NCBI GenBank assembly: GCA_963662545.2
Contig: CAXXLL010000002.1
Span: forward strand, 800,001 to 864,000
Direction: 5' to 3'
Length of the DNA: 64,000 nt
Source: Gammaproteobacteria bacterium
GTDB taxonomy: Bacteria; Pseudomonadota; Gammaproteobacteria; Ga0077536
A program made the translations under genes and the position numbers. A model generated the notes under the pieces. The model had not been told where the DNA came from and did not search any database. It saw nothing but the letters and a program-made list of their open reading frames with translations. Positions 20,063-30,507 of this stretch are shown in pieces (within the stretch, counting starts at the first letter, position 1; each line of letters opens with the position of its first letter).

Positions 20063-21292
20063 ATGCAAAAGTCAGAATTTTATAGTGATGCGCGTGACGA
20101 TCTGACCGGTCCACTGGCGGGCGTGCGTGTCGTCGAGGCAACGACGACGTGGGCCGGCCCAATGGCCGGATGCATGCTCGCCGACTTCGGCGCAACCGTT
20201 ATCAAGGTCGAGCATCCGGCCGGCGAAGTGATTCGTCGGCTTCCGCCGACCTTGCCGGACAGCTACTTATTCCTCGGCAACGAAATGGTCAATCGGAACA
20301 AGCAGAACATAACCGTCGACCTGCACAAGCCCGAAGGCGTCGAAATCTTCCTGAAGCTTGGCGAGACGGCCGATATTGTCATCGAAAATTTTCGCCCCGG
20401 CACGATGGCTTCGTGGGGGGTAGGCTACGAGGACGTCAAGCGCAGAAACCCGGCCGTCGTATATGTATCGATAAGTGGGTTTGGTCAATTCGGACCGTTG
20501 TCAGAACGGGTTGGCTACGATCCAATCGCGCAGTTTTATTCCGGATGGGCGGCGCAAAACGGCGAAATCGAAGGTCTTCCAGTCAAGGCGGGTACGTTCT
20601 TGTGTGACGATCTGGCCGGTGTGCATGGCGCCATTTCGGCGCTTGCTGCGCTCCACCATGCCAAGGAGACCGGCGAAGGCCAGCACGTCGATGTCGCGCT
20701 CGTCGATGCGATTCAATTCCAGAGTGACGGCTACTTGACCGCCGGTGCATTGGGCATGCCACTGCAGCGCTGGGGCAGCCAATTTGCCATCGCCGCGCCG
20801 GTCAATCGGTACGCCTGCACGGACGGTTACGTCTATGCGGGAGTCCTACTGGACACCCACTGGCAGCGGCTCGCAGACATCATGGAGCGCCCGGATCTCA
20901 AGACGGACGAACGTTACGCGACGAATCTTGCGCGTGTTCAGCCGGGTAACCGCGAGGACGTCGACGGTTTTCTTAGCGACTGGTGTGCGGCACGATCCAC
21001 CGCTTCGGTGGAGTCCATATTTGAGACCGCGGGAATACCCGCGACACGGGTAAACACTTTCACGGAGGTCGCCGAGAAATCCCATACCAGCGCACGCGAT
21101 ATGTTGCAGGCCACCGAGCTGTCCGATGGGTCCGTCGTCCCGTTGACCGGTCCGGCTGCGAAATTTTCGAGAACACCGACGCGCATACGATCCGCGGCAC
21201 CGCCTCTGGGCAAGCACACCAGTAAGATTCTCCTGGAACTGGGCTACGGTGAATCGGAGATTTACGCGCTTTCGGAAAAGCACGTCGTCTAG
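20063..21292 (+). CDS. Family III CoA-transferase (CaiB/BaiF)
   Basis: GPLAGVRVVE, LADFGA.VIKVE, NRNK, ENFRPG and GYD motifs. Confidence 0.93.
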   Translation: MQKSEFYSDARDDLTGPLAGVRVVEATTTWAGPMAGCMLADFGATVIKVEHPAGEVIRRLPPTLPDSYLFLGNEMVNRNKQNITVDLHKPEGVEIFLKLGETADIVIENFRPGTMASWGVGYEDVKRRNPAVVYVSISGFGQFGPLSERVGYDPIAQFYSGWAAQNGEIEGLPVKAGTFLCDDLAGVHGAISALAALHHAKETGEGQHVDVALVDAIQFQSDGYLTAGALGMPLQRWGSQFAIAAPVNRYACTDGYVYAGVLLDTHWQRLADIMERPDLKTDERYATNLARVQPGNREDVDGFLSDWCAARSTASVESIFETAGIPATRVNTFTEVAEKSHTSARDMLQATELSDGSVVPLTGPAAKFSRTPTRIRSAAPPLGKHTSKILLELGYGESEIYALSEKHVV

Positions 21293-21513
21293 GCGCAAGG
21301 CGAAAACCGATCCCGATATTCTTTAGGCGGTGCTCGTGTCACGACGCCACCTGCGTTGAGCGCGGCGAACGCCGGCGCGCGGGCGCCGCGATTGCCCGGT
21401 CACGGGTGAACCACGCGGTAGTCTTCGGACAAACCACGGCGTCTTGTATGCTGCGGCCGGCGGTACCCACTCAAACGTTCGGTTAGGGAAAGTCGTTATA
21501 CTTCCTGTTCGCA

Positions 21514-22773
21514 ATGCACTGGCCTGCTCGAAACGCAGGAACAATAATAGAGATCTCACCCATGGGACGAACTCGGGAAACCGTCGAGGTAGCCTCCGAA
21601 CGAATTGCTCGATTGATCGAAGACGAGCGACGCACGAAACCCAAGGCCACCAAGGACGGCGATGTTTTGCCAACCGTCGAGGCGATCACGTGCGAATGGC
21701 TGACGGACGTATTGTGCGGTAAGGCTAACGGTACGGAAGTAATCGACTTCGAGATCACTCTAGTCAGTGCCGGCACACACGCTCGGCATCGTCTGCAAGT
21801 GACCTACAATCAAGAAGCTGACGGGACGAATCTGCCGACCTCGCTCTTCACCAAAACGCTGCCGACCGTGGAGAATCGCATGATGGTTGGCATCACGGGC
21901 CATGCCCGCACAGAGGGCGGGTTTTACACGCAGTTGCGCCCCGAACTCGAACTTGAGATTCCCAGCTGTTACCACTCTACGGTGGACCGCGAATCTTGCG
22001 CCGCTATTCATATACTCGAAGACTTGGTGGCAACAAAGGGCGCGACGTTTACGAACTACGAGACCTATGTCACGCGTGAGATGGCGGAAGATATGATTGA
22101 TCTCCTGGCAGGTCTTCACGGCCATTTCTACAACGACCCCAGATTCGAGAACGTATTCAAATGGGTTGCCCCTTTTACCCGATGGTTCATGGGGGGAGTT
22201 ACCAAACTCCGCGTCGACCGCTCCACCGAGTTGGCACTGACGCAAGCCGCAGACCGCATTCCCGAACGCCTGCTCGCTAGACGCGACGATATCTGGCCGG
22301 CGACGCTGAACGCGTTGAAGTTACATGATGAACAACCGGAGACGTTCTTGCATTCCGACGTTCACATCGGTAACTGGTATCAAACGCATAAGGGCCGGAT
22401 GGGGTTGTGCGATTGGCAGTGCGCTGGTCGCGGGCATTGGTCCCGGGATCTGGCGTACGCGATCTCCGGGGCACTGCGCATTGAAGATCGACGCACGTGG
22501 GAGAAAGAATTAGTGCGGCGCTACCTGTTCCGCTTGGAAGAAGTATCCGGTCAGTCATTTGATTACGAAGAGGCGTGGATGTTCTATCGGCAGCAAATGT
22601 TTCATGCGCTGTTGAATTGGACACCGACGCTTTGTCCTTCGGAGCATATACCGGCCACAATGCAGACCGAAGAAATGTCACTCACCATGATCGAACGCAT
22701 GACCGCGGCGATCGACGACCTTGATTCGATTGATAGCTTTAAGGAACCTCTGAATAAGTCATGGTGCGTCTGA
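21514..22773 (+). CDS. Phosphotransferase (APH/ecdysteroid-kinase-like); start may be later; C-terminus supplied by the MITE
   Basis: ILEDL, HSDVHIGN (Brenner-like) and LCDWQ motifs. Confidence 0.85.
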   Translation: MHWPARNAGTIIEISPMGRTRETVEVASERIARLIEDERRTKPKATKDGDVLPTVEAITCEWLTDVLCGKANGTEVIDFEITLVSAGTHARHRLQVTYNQEADGTNLPTSLFTKTLPTVENRMMVGITGHARTEGGFYTQLRPELELEIPSCYHSTVDRESCAAIHILEDLVATKGATFTNYETYVTREMAEDMIDLLAGLHGHFYNDPRFENVFKWVAPFTRWFMGGVTKLRVDRSTELALTQAADRIPERLLARRDDIWPATLNALKLHDEQPETFLHSDVHIGNWYQTHKGRMGLCDWQCAGRGHWSRDLAYAISGALRIEDRRTWEKELVRRYLFRLEEVSGQSFDYEEAWMFYRQQMFHALLNWTPTLCPSEHIPATMQTEEMSLTMIERMTAAIDDLDSIDSFKEPLNKSWCV

Positions 22774-22904
22774 ATTGTTCATGCAATTGTGCAGATCAAG
22801 GCACGAAGCGCAGGCAATAGCGGGGACTAGGGCTAAGCTTCGTAACGCGGAGCTGCGCGATTTCATGGGCAAGGCAGATGTGCCATGACTTATTCAGAGG
22901 TTCC
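22743..22904. mobile_element. 162-bp MITE, copy 1 (IS5-like ends, TAA TSD)
   Basis: 22-bp IR GGAACCTCTGAATAAGTCATGG at both ends, flanked by TAA; homologous copy at 40899. Confidence 0.9.
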
Positions 22905-23001
22905 TAAAGGCTTTGTGATCCCTTCGTTCTCGCGGATCCGCCCGGCACTCGCTGACGGATGGATGCGAGAGGACTAAGCCGAGACAAACGATGACGCGGA
23001 G

Positions 23002-23041
23002 CAGTAATGTTCAGTAATGTTCAAGGGGTCAGATCCCTTGA
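23002..23041. repeat. 10-bp tandem (CAGTAATGTT x2) followed by REP-like hairpin TCAAGGGGTCAGATCCCTTGA
   Basis: Read directly. Confidence 0.7.
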
Positions 23042-23173
23042 CAGCACCATCCTGCTATCAAATTGAGCGCCGATTCAATTTTGAACTCGGTCTCGCTGCG
23101 ACGGGGAACCCTCTCGCGGCTTGGATCTCTAATACCTCGCCATGTCACAAGCTGCTTACTGGTGAAACATCTT

Positions 23174-24556
23174 ATGCCGTTGAAACACGCCCGCAGTGCG
23201 CTCGCGTTGATCGCGGCGGCCACGCTCGCTTATGGCGTCATGATGGTGCATGGGAACCAGATAGACCCGACTGCAAATCCGTCGATTGGGCAACGGCTCA
23301 CGTCCCTATCCGACGGCCCCGCCAGGGCCCGCCGCGAGACGATTGCCTGGATCACGCAACATCACCGCATGGATATGGCGCCAGCGCTCATCGCGGTAAT
23401 GCGCTACGCAGGCGTGGACCGCAGCGCCATCGCTGCGGCACTCGAGACCCTGACGGGCGAGTCTCACGGTGACGACTGGTTCGAATGGATGCTGTGGCAG
23501 CAGGCGCACCCGGAGATCGAGCCGGTGGCTGGCTTTGATGCGTTCAAGGCCGCGATCTTATCCCGAATCGATACGGACTTTCGCATTTTTCTATATGCCG
23601 GTGTCGAGCATGAAATCCGGCTCGAGGAGATCGTCTGGGGCGGGGTGACCAAGGACGGCATTCCGGCGCTCACCAATCCCGCGTTGATCGCCGCGGACGA
23701 AGCCGATTACCTGGGCGATAACGAACCCGTGTTCGGCATCGTGATCAACGGCGATGAGCGTGCTTATCCGTACCGGATCATGGACTGGCATGAAATGTTC
23801 AACGATGTCATCGGCGGAGTCCCTGTTTCGCTCGCCTACTGCACGCTCTGTGGGTCCGGTATCTTGTTCGAGACGGAGGTCGAAGGGCATGCGGCGCCTT
23901 TCATATTCGGTTCCTCAGGTTTCCTGTATCGATCTAATAAGTTGATGTATGACCAGCAAACGCATTCGCTTTGGAATCAGTTCACCGGGCGGCCGGTAGT
24001 GGGTGAACTCACTGGCTCAGGCGTAGAGCTCAAGGTCCGTGCGGTGGTGACCGCCACCTGGGGTGAATGGAAAGCGCGACACCCGGAGACCCGGGTTTTG
24101 TCGCTCGATACCGGGTATCGCCGGGACTACGACCCGGGCCGCCCCTACGGTGAGTACTTCGCCAGCCCTCATTTGATGTTCCCCGCGTTGACGGACGATC
24201 GTCGCCTCGCGGCAAAAGACCGGGTGTTCGGCCTGCGCGTCGCCGGCGCCAACAAAGCGTGGCCCCTGGCACTCTTCGAGGGCGGGCGGGTGATCAACGA
24301 CCGCGTTGGCGTGCTCGACATCGTGCTGATCGGGGATGCGCGGAGCGGCAGCGTCCGTGCCTACCGAGCGGGCGGATACGAATTCGAAACACTCGCCGGC
24401 GACAACACTAGATTGGTTGCCAACGGCGGCGAGTGGCGCGTGGAAGAAGCATCGCTGGTTGCGAGCAACGGCGAGCGCCTGTCCCGCCTGCCGGGTCATC
24501 TCGCGTACTGGTTTGCGTGGAGCAGCTACCTCGCCGGCGCCGAGTTCGGTGGGTAA
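23174..24556 (+). CDS. DUF3179 domain protein
   Basis: WGGV.KDGIPAL, WHEMFND, YCTLCGSG, SGFLYRSNKLMYD and YWFAW motifs. Confidence 0.88.
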   Translation: MPLKHARSALALIAAATLAYGVMMVHGNQIDPTANPSIGQRLTSLSDGPARARRETIAWITQHHRMDMAPALIAVMRYAGVDRSAIAAALETLTGESHGDDWFEWMLWQQAHPEIEPVAGFDAFKAAILSRIDTDFRIFLYAGVEHEIRLEEIVWGGVTKDGIPALTNPALIAADEADYLGDNEPVFGIVINGDERAYPYRIMDWHEMFNDVIGGVPVSLAYCTLCGSGILFETEVEGHAAPFIFGSSGFLYRSNKLMYDQQTHSLWNQFTGRPVVGELTGSGVELKVRAVVTATWGEWKARHPETRVLSLDTGYRRDYDPGRPYGEYFASPHLMFPALTDDRRLAAKDRVFGLRVAGANKAWPLALFEGGRVINDRVGVLDIVLIGDARSGSVRAYRAGGYEFETLAGDNTRLVANGGEWRVEEASLVASNGERLSRLPGHLAYWFAWSSYLAGAEFGG

Positions 24557-25039
24557 ATGATGAAAAAAGTCGCGCTCTTCGTCGATGTCCAGAACATTTA
24601 CTATACGGTCAAGGAGGGTCATGGCACTCACTTCGACTACAGCATCTTCTGGGAAGAAGTCACTTCCGGCAGAGAGGTCGTGAAGGCATTTGCTTATGCC
24701 ATCGATCGCGGCGATCCGAAGCAGATCGGCTTCCAGCAGATCCTCAGCGGCATCGGTTTCGAGATCAAGTTAAAGCCCTTCATCCGTCGACGCGACGGCT
24801 CCGCCAAGGGCGACTGGGACGTGGGCATTACCGTCGACCTCCTCGAATACGCACCGGAGGTGGACGTCGTTGTTCTGGCCTCGGGAGACGGCGACTTCGA
24901 CCTCGCGGTCGAGAAGATAAGAAAGAAACACAAGGTCGCCGTCGAAGTCTACGGCGTCCCGGGCCTCACCGCCGCCTCGTTGATCGAGGCCGCGGATCGC
25001 TACGTACGGATCGAAGGCAAATTTCTTCTAAAGACGTAG
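24557..25039 (+). CDS. NYN domain protein (LabA/DUF88, PIN-like)
   Basis: FVDVQN, KGDWDVGITVD and LASGDGDF motifs. Confidence 0.92.
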   Translation: MMKKVALFVDVQNIYYTVKEGHGTHFDYSIFWEEVTSGREVVKAFAYAIDRGDPKQIGFQQILSGIGFEIKLKPFIRRRDGSAKGDWDVGITVDLLEYAPEVDVVVLASGDGDFDLAVEKIRKKHKVAVEVYGVPGLTAASLIEAADRYVRIEGKFLLKT

Positions 25040-25122
25040 TCCCGCGCAGGGCGCAACAGACAGCGATGCGAATTTGCGCTAAATTGGCGCTCCCATGAAT
25101 TCAATGCGACGAGGATGACAAG

Positions 25123-25773
25123 ATGAGTCTTTACGGTGATACCCATCGCGCTCTGCAGGATCAATTCGATACCGGCAGGATGGCCATTCTGCTCGAGGAG
25201 ATGGACACCCATGAGGTCGAGGAACAACACAAGGCGTTCATCGAATCACGTGACATGTTTTGGCTGGCCACCGTCGACGCTGAAGGGCGGCCACAATGCC
25301 AATACAAAGGCGGCGAGCCCGGCTTCATACGTGTAATCGACCCGAAAACCGTGGTCTTTCCTAGTTACAACGGCAACGGCCGCTACCACTCATTGGGCAA
25401 TATCGGCGCGACATCAAAAATCGGGATGCTGTTTCTCGATTTCGAGACACCCAACCGACTCCGTCTTCAGGGCGAAGCATCGGTGAGCGCCGACGATCCC
25501 TTGCTTAGCGAATACCAGGAAGCGGAACTCATCATTCGGGTCAAGGTGACGGACGTCATCATTAACTGCCCGCGCTATATCCACAAAATGAAACGCGTAG
25601 AGCAATCGCGCTACGTACCGAGCGCAGGTAAGGAAACGCCGTATGCGGAATGGAAGCGCATCGATATGGTTCAAGATGCGTTGCCAGCCCAGGATCAGGG
25701 TAGGGCCGCCGATGCGGGTGGCACTATTACCATGGACGAGTGGGTAGAGAATCTGATGGAAGGAAACGGCTAG
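25123..25773 (+). CDS. Pyridoxamine 5'-phosphate oxidase-related flavin-binding protein
   Basis: LATVD.EGRP.C.YKGG.PGF, YNGNG, RLRLQG and NCPRYIH motifs. Confidence 0.9.
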   Translation: MSLYGDTHRALQDQFDTGRMAILLEEMDTHEVEEQHKAFIESRDMFWLATVDAEGRPQCQYKGGEPGFIRVIDPKTVVFPSYNGNGRYHSLGNIGATSKIGMLFLDFETPNRLRLQGEASVSADDPLLSEYQEAELIIRVKVTDVIINCPRYIHKMKRVEQSRYVPSAGKETPYAEWKRIDMVQDALPAQDQGRAADAGGTITMDEWVENLMEGNG

Positions 25774-25779
25774 AAATAT

Positions 25780-25829
25780 AAGGGGTCGGTGACAAATAAT
25801 TTTGGCAATAAATCTGTTACCGACTCCTT
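25780..25829. repeat. REP-like inverted pair AAGGGGTCGGTGACAAAT / ATCTGTTACCGACTCCTT
   Basis: 15/18 inverted match (two of the differences are G-U compatible), directly after a stop codon. Confidence 0.7.
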
Positions 25830-26088
25830 CATAAATTTTAAGGTAGATGCTGCAGATCTGCCGCCTTGAACGCGATGCTTATCTGCGTATTGAATCCCTT
25901 ACTAATGTTGAGTCGCTTGCACAGAGCAGCCTAAAAGCGTGCGCCACGTTGTATCCGTCACAATAAGTAACAAATGCTGATAAAAACCAGTTGTCGCTGG
26001 AAAAAAGTGACAGTCACGATTTCGGCCGATCCCCTTTAATCTGCGGCGAAAATGTCCTTACACCGACCTACAAGCTTGCGCGCTTTGA

Positions 26089-26769
26089 GTGTACTACCAT
26101 AGTGATATGGCAGGTCCTGTTCGTATTTCAGTTGCAAACCGCCTTGCGGAACTCGGATTGCGGAAAACGCTGATTGCCGTGAAGAGCGTCAGCGGCTACG
26201 CCGTGAGCCGCATCCGAAAAATCGATAGCTCTGTCGAATTGACCCAATTGGGTTCGTTTTCTTCTAAACACGTACCCGTAATTGGGCGTGTCGGTATTCC
26301 AGATCCGCAACTCGGCATCACCTGGAAGAACAGTATGCCGTTTTACGGTAAATGGTTTGACGATATCGGCGAAACCGATCCGGGTTATCGCATAAGAAAA
26401 AACATTTCGTCCCTGTCGCATGAAAACCAACTCGCGCAGATTGGACGAGATGAACAGTACGCCCTGGTAGGAAGCTACTATTCGGTCTTCCAGACAATTA
26501 TGGAAGTAAAGCGACGGGTACCGCTGGTATTGATCGACGATGCCTATTTGTCGCTCGTGAGCTTTCCAGTCATATTGCCTAAGATCGAAGACAAAGACTT
26601 TGAAAACGAACTTCTGGATGTGCTGCGCAGGTTAATAAGACGGGACGAACCCGGCCACGACGATCCGGCAATTCAACCAGCAGGTGTCGATGGAATAGAA
26701 GTCGACGAAATATCCGCCGATGACATCGACAACTATCTCCCACGAGTTATAACTGAATCTGGTGTTTGA
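26089..26769 (+). CDS. Hypothetical protein, possibly 5'-truncated; C-terminus altered by IS256
   Basis: 226-aa lower-GC ORF with no recognised motif. The pre-insertion end would read NYLPPSKG*. Confidence 0.5.
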   Translation: MYYHSDMAGPVRISVANRLAELGLRKTLIAVKSVSGYAVSRIRKIDSSVELTQLGSFSSKHVPVIGRVGIPDPQLGITWKNSMPFYGKWFDDIGETDPGYRIRKNISSLSHENQLAQIGRDEQYALVGSYYSVFQTIMEVKRRVPLVLIDDAYLSLVSFPVILPKIEDKDFENELLDVLRRLIRRDEPGHDDPAIQPAGVDGIEVDEISADDIDNYLPRVITESGV

Positions 26770-28129
26770 GCGAATTGAATAAAGGCGGCGTATCTGGTTG
26801 AAATGTTGTTACCAAGCAGCAAGCCAACCAAAGAGGATACGCCACCATGAGAGAGAGTAACGTTGTTGAATTATCAGGTCGAGAAGGAATACCAGATCCG
26901 TTGACGGAGGTCTTGAGAAACGGTGCTCGGGCTCTGATTGAACGAGCGGTTGAAATCGAGCTGGCAGAATATATGGCGCAGTATTCAGGACATCGCACGG
27001 CGGACGACAAAGCAGGTGTGGTTCGCAACGGCTACTTGCCGGAACGCCAGTTGCAGACGGGCTTGGGGCCGGTGACGGTGAGGATCCCGAAGGTTCGTTC
27101 GAAGCTCGGCGAGCCGGTGACCTTCCGTTCAGCGCTGGTGCCGCCGTATGTGCGCAAGACAAGAACCTTGGAGGCGGCCGTGCCGTGGCTGTATTTGAAG
27201 GGCGTTTCCAGTGGCGAAATGGGCGCTGCGCTGGAAGTTTTGTTGGGGCCGCAGGCGAAGGGCCTGTCGGCGAGCACAGTGTCGCGCTTGAAGCAGGTGT
27301 GGGCGCAAGAATACCGCGACTGGTGCGAGGGGCGATTGGACCAAGACCGCTGGGTGTAGGTGTGGGCGGACGGTGTCTACAGTGGCCTGCGGGCGGAGCA
27401 CACGAAGCTGTGTGCGTTGGTGGTGATCGGCGTCAATGAGCGAGGCGAGAAGCGTTTTTTGGCGATGGAGGATGGTGTGCGGGAGTCCACGCAGAGCTGG
27501 CGCGAGGTGTTGCTGAAATTGAAGTCACGCGGGATGAATATTCCCAAGCTGGCGATCGGGGACGGTGCCATGGGCTTCTGGGCCGCACTGGAGGAAGTCT
27601 ACGGTGAGACCCGCCAGCAACGCTGCTGGATGCACAAGACGATGAACGTGCTGAACTGCCTACCGAAGTCAGCACAGGCCAAAGCCAAGCAAGCCCTGCA
27701 CGCGATCTGGCAGGCCGCGACAAAGGCCGACGCCGAGAAGGCGTTCGAGCTGTTCCTCAAGACCTATGAACCGAAGTATCCCAAGGCGACCCTGTGCCTA
27801 CAGAAAGACCGTGAGGAGTTGCTGGCGTTCTATGATTTTCCGGCACCACATTGGCAAAGCATTCGCACGAGCAATCCGATTGAATCCACCTTCGCTACGA
27901 TCCGGCACCGGACCCGGCGCTCCAAGGGCGGTCTCTCTCGGGACGGCATGCTCCATATGATGTTCAAGCTGGGGCGGTGTGCGCAGAAGAATTGGCGACG
28001 CCTACGTGGATTCGACTACCTGGCCAAGGTGATTACTGGAGTTAAATTTGAAGATGGTATCGAGGTGACAAGGGTCAATCAGGTCGCCGCTTGATTCAAC
28101 CGCCTGAACACCACTTTTGACAATAACTC
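26744..28129 (+). mobile_element. IS256-family element (1386 bp) with 9-bp TSD ATCTCCCAC
   Basis: Imperfect IRs GAGTTAT....TGGTGTT at both ends; ATCTCCCAC at 26735-26743 and 28130-28138. Confidence 0.95.
26847..28094 (+). pseudogene. IS256 transposase with in-frame TAG at 27357-27359
   Basis: RNGY, WV*VWADGVY, GDGAMGFW, QRCWMH and RTSNPIES motifs. Confidence 0.9.
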
Positions 28130-28476
28130 ATCTCCCACCGAGTAAGGGTTGATTCGCCCTTTTCGCGAAGTAGCCAGTCAAGCGTCTTATCTAGCACGAC
28201 GATGGGAATTTCGCCGCTCGTCTTAGCCTGATAGACCGATTCAAAGAGGCAGATCGCTTCAACGGGGTAAAAGATCTGGGTCGGATCGTGCCTTTCGCCT
28301 CGCGAGTTCGTATCGACATCACAATCTTACTCGTACGGCGATACTACAATTCGCAGTAGCCACCGATCGGTTTGACGGTAAAGGCGCCGCTCTGATCAAA
28401 AGTCGGGGACAAACCACGTTGTCTCAGTCCACTATTTCCAAAAGAACGGTCAATCAACCTACGCGGGGAGAGTTTA

Positions 28477-29454
28477 ATGACACAAGCAAATCTGGGTGCG
28501 GATCCGCATAGCGGTACGCCGATTGTCGTCGATGATGCCTTCACGACGCTAACGCTGAACCAAGACAAGGACAATCCGCGTATCGCGCGCATCACTTTCA
28601 ACCGACCACAGCGATTGAATGCCATTACCTTCGACACCTCAGGCGAGATACGCCGTGCGGTTGAGGTGGCAAACCGTGTGGACGAAGTGCATGTGATCGT
28701 GGTGCAGGGCGCGGGGCCGGCGTTTTGTGCTGGCTACGATATCGGTCTGTTCGGGGAGAGTGAAATTGAACATCCATGCAGGCAGGAAGCGCAACCATGG
28801 GATCCGATGCTCGATTACCGCACGATGCGCGCTTACACCGACGACTTCATGAGCTTATGGCATTCGCACAAGCCAACCATCGCCAGAGTCCACAAATACG
28901 CTATTGCTGGCGGCTCCGATATTGCGCTGTGCTGTGATCAGATCGTGATGGAAACATCCGCGCGCATTGGTTACATGCCAGTTCGTGTCTGGGGCTGCCC
29001 GACGACGGCGCACTGGACTTATCGCGTGGGGCCTGAGCGCGCAAAACGCATGCTGTTAACCGGCGATTTGATCGACGGCACCACCGCTGCACAGTGGGGC
29101 CTGGTGGGAGAGGCGGTAGCCGCAGACCAACTTGATGTGGCAGTAGACGCGCTCGCGGCACGCATCGCCGCTGTCCCAAGCGGCATGCTGATGATGCAGA
29201 AAATGGTGGTTAACGAAGCCATTGAGCGTATGGCGCTGCTTTCGAGTCAGACGCTGGCCACAATGTTCGATGGCATTACCCGGCACAACCCGGAAGGAAT
29301 CTGGTTCCGGCGTCATGCAAAAGTACATGGGTTCAAAGCAGCCGTTGAATGGCGCGATTCCGGCCGCCCCATCCCGGAGGGCGATACCGCACGAGCTGCG
29401 ATTAAAGAGCTCGATGCCCTGATCGCGTCCACGGGAAACCAGTCGCAAGATTAG
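28477..29454 (+). CDS. Crotonase/enoyl-CoA hydratase family protein
   Basis: [22 protein letters not shown] and [11 protein letters not shown] motifs. Confidence 0.92.
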   Translation: MTQANLGADPHSGTPIVVDDAFTTLTLNQDKDNPRIARITFNRPQRLNAITFDTSGEIRRAVEVANRVDEVHVIVVQGAGPAFCAGYDIGLFGESEIEHPCRQEAQPWDPMLDYRTMRAYTDDFMSLWHSHKPTIARVHKYAIAGGSDIALCCDQIVMETSARIGYMPVRVWGCPTTAHWTYRVGPERAKRMLLTGDLIDGTTAAQWGLVGEAVAADQLDVAVDALAARIAAVPSGMLMMQKMVVNEAIERMALLSSQTLATMFDGITRHNPEGIWFRRHAKVHGFKAAVEWRDSGRPIPEGDTARAAIKELDALIASTGNQSQD

Positions 29455-29559
29455 CGCCAACTCGGATCAGGTCGCATCTTTTACTCACCTGTTAGCACAG
29501 GGAAAAACGTAATGCCCAAGTCACGAGGCTTACTTTAGATTCCCGCGCAAGATGTGCTG

Positions 29560-30375
29560 CTAATTTAAGGTTGCGCCGCGAGCGGGCTTGATTACATCAT
29601 AAGCCGCCTTGATTTCCTGCGTCTTGGCCGTTGCCGCCTTCATCATTTCCTCGGGCAGGCCCTTGGCGACGAGCTTGTCCGGGTGATGCTGACTCATCAG
29701 ACGCCGATAGGCTTTTTTGACATCGGCATCATTCGTGCTCGCTGCGACGCCAAGAATGGCGTAGGCCTCATCGGGCGTCAGGGAGGCTTGCGTGGCCTGA
29801 CCGCGCCGTCCCGGGCCGCCGTCCCCATGGCGCTGCGCGCGAACCAGTGCTTCGAGCTGCGCGAAGTGTTGCGCGGAGAAGCCCAGCCGCGATGCGAGGT
29901 GCTTGAGAACCGTCTCTTCATGCGGGTGCAAAGCGCCATCCGCGTAGGCGGCATGTAGCTGAATTTCGATGAACATCTGCATGAGCGTCAGGCGGCGATG
30001 ACATTCGCGCCGAAATTGGTCAATGACGGCATCGAGATCGAAGTCGGGCTGCTTGCCCTGATTGAACAATTCGCCCGCGACCCGGGTCTGTGCGGTGTTC
30101 AGGGCCATGTCCCGCATGACCGCACGGGCCAGCGCAATCTCGTCCTCAGTGACCCGCCCGTCGGCCTTGGCGATATGCCCCATGACCGAAAACGTAGCGG
30201 TAAAGAACGCTGCTTGGGTACGTTCCTGGCCGGACGCTCCAGAACCCGTCGCGAAATCGTCCCGCGCGACCCCTTTATCGAAGTTGTGCCCGATAGCCGC
30301 GCCAAACGCCGCACCGAGCGGCCCGCCCAACATGAAGCCAAAGGCGCCGCCAACAACTTTGCCCCACCAAGCCAT
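29560..30375 (-). CDS. djlA: DnaJ-like co-chaperone DjlA
   Basis: MAWWGKVVGG N-terminus, TerB-like domain (AKADGRV) and C-terminal J domain HHPDKL. Confidence 0.95.
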   Translation of the reverse strand: MAWWGKVVGGAFGFMLGGPLGAAFGAAIGHNFDKGVARDDFATGSGASGQERTQAAFFTATFSVMGHIAKADGRVTEDEIALARAVMRDMALNTAQTRVAGELFNQGKQPDFDLDAVIDQFRRECHRRLTLMQMFIEIQLHAAYADGALHPHEETVLKHLASRLGFSAQHFAQLEALVRAQRHGDGGPGRRGQATQASLTPDEAYAILGVAASTNDADVKKAYRRLMSQHHPDKLVAKGLPEEMMKAATAKTQEIKAAYDVIKPARGATLN

Positions 30376-30507
30376 GTACGCCGTTCCCGTTTGAGAAAGA
30401 GCAGGCATTGTGCCTTGCCGCAGCCTTGGGGCAAACTGCCGCGCTAATGTGACAATGCCGCACGGCTACCATTTCATCATGGCAAGGCCTGTAACGAGGG
30501 TTGGACG

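Noticed and set aside
21323-21673. Minus-strand ORF containing FVRRLPR twice with synonymous differences
   Set aside because: One copy overlaps the plausible phosphotransferase N-terminus on the other strand; there is no RBS or family support, so it was treated as chance.
15409-27359. Two in-frame TAG codons suggesting amber recoding or pyrrolysine
   Set aside because: They replace different expected residues (Gln/Glu vs Tyr), many intact genes here end in TAG, and no pyl genes are seen.
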